A stretch of DNA of 64,000 bases from Takakia lepidozioides (Eukaryota > Plantae > Bryophyta): the NCBI GenBank assembly GCA_030704615.1, contig CM060734.1:33108001-33172000 (forward strand). Reading direction: 5' to 3'. Position numbers and translations under genes: made by a program. The first letter of the stretch is position 1. The number at the start of each line of letters is the position of its first letter. The notes beneath the pieces are model-generated. The model did not search any database and was not told the origin of the DNA. It was given only the letters and a program-made list of their open reading frames with translations. Of the stretch, positions 58,926 through 64,000 are shown piece after piece.

Positions 58926-59859
58926 GTCGGTCAAAACTCACAGTATTGCACAAATGTATACAACATAATTTGCCAGGAACAAGTGGGTGCCAAATCTTGT
59001 TTCAATTGAAGCTTCATATGCCTACATATTCAACTGCACATCATTTTCTTGTTTCTTTGCAAAAGTAATTTGCAGTGGAAAGGAACACCACTAAATTACT
59101 ACTGATCATCCAATTAACCAAAGCGACAAATGAGGGGGCCCGGGTCTCCACCAAGCCCTTGATGAGACCTAGTTCTAAGCCACCAAATATTGGGCTGAAT
59201 AGCCACTGAGCATGTGCTTGGACTACAAAAATGGTAGAACTCTGCTTCCAAGTGCCCAAGGTCCGATTAGAAAAGAGATAATATATATATGATTTAAATT
59301 GGAGGCGACGTAATCCTTCCAAGAAAGTCCTTGAAGGATGTATCGCTGGCAGGAAAAATCTTGGAGGCTATAAAGACCATTTCACAAGCTCGATGTTCCA
59401 CAAGAAGGATTATTTGTTCACATAAACACAAAATGCCTACTATAACTTGAATTGTAGGTTAAGTTAAACAGGGTGTTGATCAGCAGGGGACCTCTTGCAG
59501 CTAATTCTTCCCTCGTATAAGCGTTTTGAACAGACTGATCGAGGAGATCTGCATGCTTCTTGGGAATCATTTTCAAGGCCATCATGTCTGCAAGAAACTC
59601 CGGCTTTGATCTAGGGTTGCAGACGAGCTGAGTGTACGAAGATTATATGTTGATATCCACTGTTGAATCCTCTGAATTATATACTTTCTTCGAACAATTT
59701 CTTCCATTGGCTAACCCCCTGGCAAATGTATGGAGCTTCTTCTCAAATTTCTGTAGAGCCGGCTCCATGTCAACATGCCAAAACTCCGAGGGTAGCCTCC
59801 TCTGCCATCAATACCTTACCATTATCACTCCTTACATAATGTCTTTGGGGATTTTGAAC

Positions 59860-60919
59860 TGTGACAGGTTTGGGATAAAGATATAAACAGAGCACTGCCA
59901 TGAAACAGACCAAGAATAGATGGAGTACTATCCAAGCATAGAAAAGATGTGGTTACCTGAGATAGAAAAAGATGGGATAACAGTAGAATTGTGACAAGAA
60001 AAGATGTGCAAGGGACCATAAGTGGACGTGCTGGAATAGTATATAAACCTCTCTCGGAGAGGTTTAGAAAGGTGTGAAGAGATCTGGTTGCATAGCAGGA
60101 AGAGGGCGTCAGTCAGTACATCTTGAGATAGATTGATAGAGAGACGATGACTAATAGACAAAATGATGCATGGTGAGGTGGTTGGGCGGACTAGACACTT
60201 TCCAGTACTATGCATAGTGCAGATTTGATATAGCGTAGGACATGACAAGACATGACAAGAACTGATAGAGAGATAGAAGATGATTGCAATATTTGGTATC
60301 AGCACACTAACAGTTCAAATCTGTGGATCGTGTGGTTTATGAGTCACCTCACGTATGGGTCTTGTGGTTCTTAGAGAACAGAGACTGGTTTGTTGTGAAG
60401 TCAACGTTGATGGAAGGAGCGAACCAGTCACAGCTGGCTCGTGAGTTTGCACTAGCAATGAATCTTAAAGTGGAGCTAAATAAAAACTCTCCCACGATCA
60501 AGTGGTAATAAAAGCTTTCTTACTTGTTCAAACTCTTCATAAAGTAGTAGAAGGTGGAATTCGAGAGGGATTGGCTGCTGCATGTTGAATCTTTAGTGCA
60601 ACCAGCTAGTTATTGTTTACTTTGTTAAATCACCAAGTGCAATGTTTACTTGTCAGTCCTCAGTAGTCAACTAGTTTCCTGTAGCATTAGTTAAGCCTAC
60701 TAGCTAGACGTTATTCCACCACACAGATGGTAGCTAGATGAGCAGCGGTGCACCGCCACCGCCACCGTCAACAGTTACTTTACCGTCATCTCTATTTAGT
60801 AGTTAGTTGGTAGCTGATTAATTCTTTCCTTAGTTGTAGGTGATCATGTGATTAGTTAAATAATGCCCGCTGCTGTCGTTCTGTATTCTCTCGTCTTACG
60901 ATCCTCGAGCTCTTGCAGT
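59860..60919. mobile_element. Possible older LTR remnant into which the gypsy element inserted
   Basis: LTR-like composition (tatataaa at 60040, tagttagtt repeats) and a PBS-like TGGTATCAG at ~60295. Termini are not clear. Confidence 0.3.
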
Positions 60920-61535
60920 TGTCAAGGACAAGAACATGACTGAACACAAACAAGAGATCAGACTAGAGGTACTAGACTAGACAAGAAGTCAAGGTCGGCG
61001 TGGCCGTATGCACGATGAGTAAATAAGAATCAAGACGATCTTTATAACAATGAACAAGAGTACAAAATATTGGAACATGACTTGAATACTGGAATGCTGG
61101 AAACTGGACTGGAGTACCAGGTACTGGAAACTGGGTTAGAGTACTGGGAACTGGATTGGAGTCCTAAGGACTGGAAACAATAGTAGCTTGAACTAGTGTT
61201 GGTGAGACTGAAGAGTGTTCAGTCTCGCCTCCTATATATACTGGTTACTAAGAAGTTTCCCTAAGAAGTTTCTTCTATGGAGGTTTCTTGATGGAGAATC
61301 TTCCTTAAGCAAATGAGGTATCTTGATGGAGAAGTTTCTTCCAAATGAAGCTTCCTGAGCGGTTTCCCAAGTTACTCTTGGTAATTTGGTAAACTCCCGA
61401 TAACTTGGTAAGTAATGGTAAATCATGGTAGATCATGGTAAATCACAGTAAATCATGATAATTTCCGATAACATAGTAACTTGGTAACTTCTGATATTTA
61501 TTCTTGGTAAGTTTTTCTGGGCTATGTCCGTGACA
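60920..61535 (-). repeat. 3' LTR of the Ty3/gypsy element (616 bp)
   Basis: Inverted termini TGTCA...TGACA. It is preceded on the minus strand by the polypurine tract AGAGGAGGGAG (61539-61549) and contains TATATATA at ~61233. Confidence 0.85.
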
Positions 61536-64000
61536 TCACTCCCTCCTCTAGCGCCGAGTTCCTTGAGGAGCGGTAAAATCTTGGACTTGCTTAGAGTTGG
61601 AGAACCTCCCTCTTTAGTGTGTATCGGATACACTGAATGTGGAGTCTTCACCTTGAAGCTAACTTGGTTGGCATTATCGTTGTGACGTGTAGCTCGGGGC
61701 TTAGCTGGATATGTTGATGAAACTTTTGGACTTTGTCAGATGCATTGGCAAGGTTGGATGAAGGTTCCCACGTTCGTTCGCTGATGTCGTAGCCTTTTCA
61801 ATGTACGAAATACTCAAGACGTTTATACTTGATGCGAGAGTCTAGGACTTCGTCGACTTCATACTCGATTTCTTGAGTAACTTTGATTGGTGGAGGTGGT
61901 ACATAAACTCTCCCTGGAATATTTGATAGATGATATAACTCCAATAATGAAACATGAAAGACTGGATGGATGCGCATACTTCGTGGGAGTTCAAGCCGAA
62001 AACTGATCGGATTTATTTGTCGAATAATTTTGAATGGTCCCAGGCGTTGATAATCCAATCTTTGATGGTCGCGAGGTTTGTATGTCCCGTCGAAGAAGCC
62101 ACACACGATCACCGACCTTGAACTGGGGTTGGAGTTGACGATGTTGATCTGCATACTCCTTGTATTATTTTTGAGCTTCTGCGAGGTGAAATGTAAGCTC
62201 ATTGTGAATCGTAGCAAGATGAGTAACAAGGTTTTTTGCATCAGGACTTCCAACAGTCTTCATATGGAAAGGGTTTGCTCGAGAATGATGACCATAATTG
62301 GAGAAAAATGAAGTTTGTTTGGTCGAAGAATGTATAATGTTGTTGTAGGCAAACTCAGCCAATGACAGAAAGTCCGTCCAATTATCTTGGTGATAATTTA
62401 TCGTACAGCGAAGATACTGCTCCAAAATCTGGTTTACGCGTTCGGTTTGACCATCAGTCTGTGGATGATTAGCTGTAGAGAGATTGATCTTAGTATCCAA
62501 TATGTGAAATAATCCCCTCCAGAAATTTGATATGAACTGTAGTCTTCGATCAGATACGATGTCCTTCGGGAGTCCATGAATGCGGTAGATATTATTGAGG
62601 AAGAATCTTGCAGTTTCCTCGCCGGTAACCGTTTTATTACATGGAATGAAATGTGCAATATTCGTAAAACGATCTACAATAACAAAGATTGAATCAGTGG
62701 TCTTGGAAATTGGAAGGTCCGTAATAAAGTCCATAGACACGGACGATCATGGGCCCTTGGGAATGGGTAACGGTTGAAGAGGCCGTAAGATCGATGTCGT
62801 GGTCCCTTCGCTCTAGCACACGTGTCGCAAGATTTTATAAATTCTTTCACGAGTTTCAACATCTTCGGCCACCAATAGTCCATGGATATCAATTTCATTG
62901 TTTTTTTTAAGCCGAAATGTTCTGCAGCCGGAAGATCATGACATGTTTGAAGAATTCGTAGTCGTGTAGGCCTTGGAGGTACATAAATAAGTCCCTTGAA
63001 ATAAAGTAAGTCATCTTTGAATTCGAAGTCGTTTGTAACATGTGGGTTGTCTCGAGGTCGATTTAGTTGACTTCGTACTGTCGTAGCAAATTGGTCGCTC
63101 TTCAGTGCTTCCTGAATCACCTTTATGATATCTGCATCGTCATAGGTGGATATAGATAGCATATTCAATTGGAGATTTGCTGGTTTTAAGATGATGGATT
63201 TCTGTTGGTCCAAAGCTGTATCCTCTTCTTTTGGCGCAAGATACGATCGTCGAGAAAGAGCATCTAGTTTTCCTTGAAGATGTCCGGGACGGTAGGTAAT
63301 AACAAAATCAAACCTTGCTAGTGACATACTCCATCTCGCTTGACGTCGATTCAAAACAAGAGCACTTATAAAATACTCGAGGTTTTTGTGATCGGTATAG
63401 ACAGTGACCTGATGTTTACCTCCCTCCAATAGATGACGTCACTCATCAAAAGCATCGATAATTGCTAGAAGTTCTTTGTCATGGATTTCATAATTGATCT
63501 CCGTAGCGGAAAATTTGTGAGAACGAAAACCAGTAGGGTGAAGTTAGCCATCTGTACCGTATTGAGAAAGTACCGCGCCAAGTGCAAAATCCGATGCATC
63601 TGCTTCCAAAAAGAATGGTTTAGATGGGTCTACATGTACCAGTATTGGAGCCGTTGTAAATGTCTGCTTCAGCCTTTCAAATGCTTGGTCAGCCTTCTCG
63701 TCCCATACAAATTGTGAGTCGTGTCAATGGTGCAGCAATTTTGGAGTAGTCATTGATGAAGATTCTGTAGAAATTTGCGAATCCCTGAAATCATTGTACA
63801 TCTCGGACCGAAGTTGGTTTAATCCACTCGATGACGGTTTGTATTTTCTTCTAATCCATAAAGACGCATTTGTCGGAAATAATGTAGCCCAGAAATTCGA
63901 CCTCAGATTAATGGAAAAGACATTTTTCCAACTTGGCATATAGTCCTCTTTCTCTTAATTTATCAAAGACAAGGCATACATGGCGGCCATGTTAAACTTC
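61536..64000 (-). mobile_element. Ty3/gypsy chromovirus (Tcn1-like) pol: end of RT, RNase H, integrase, chromodomain; degraded, continues beyond the window end
   Basis: [21 protein letters not shown] integrase Zn finger, [30 protein letters not shown](K), IHPVFHVSLL, and a chromodomain EYEVDEVLDSR..LEYFVH*KGY...TWEP. Confidence 0.93.

Overview
This is a gene-dense nuclear window from a eukaryote, most likely a non-seed land plant (spliceosomal introns, PLS-class PPR editing factors, a plant U6 promoter, a Tcn1-like chromovirus). Host genes are RanBP1 (4 exons), an intact PLS-E-DYW PPR RNA-editing factor, intronless TMCO1, a U6 snRNA gene with USE/TATA, a multi-exon SCAPER-like gene, two further PLS-PPR genes that have lost their DYW domain, and a P-type PPR pseudogene with an inverted 5' part. 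Mobile DNA comprises an RTE-group LINE inserted just behind the DYW gene's stop codon, several L1/Tx1-type LINEs, two tRNA-derived SINEs whose 3' halves share a motif with those LINEs, and the 3' half of a Ty3/gypsy chromovirus. The most unusual region is a ~9 kb CpG-rich element at about 43.1-52.2 kb. It holds a decayed Mutator-like transposase (GCM-like Zn domain, DDE, SWIM) and a divergently oriented ORF with a ParB/sulfiredoxin-like DGNHR domain. Between them lies a 2.5-kb array of about 25-30 long palindromes (GGAAATYCGGCGCCGRATTTCC) that show compensatory changes. All family assignments come from motif recognition only; no searches were run.
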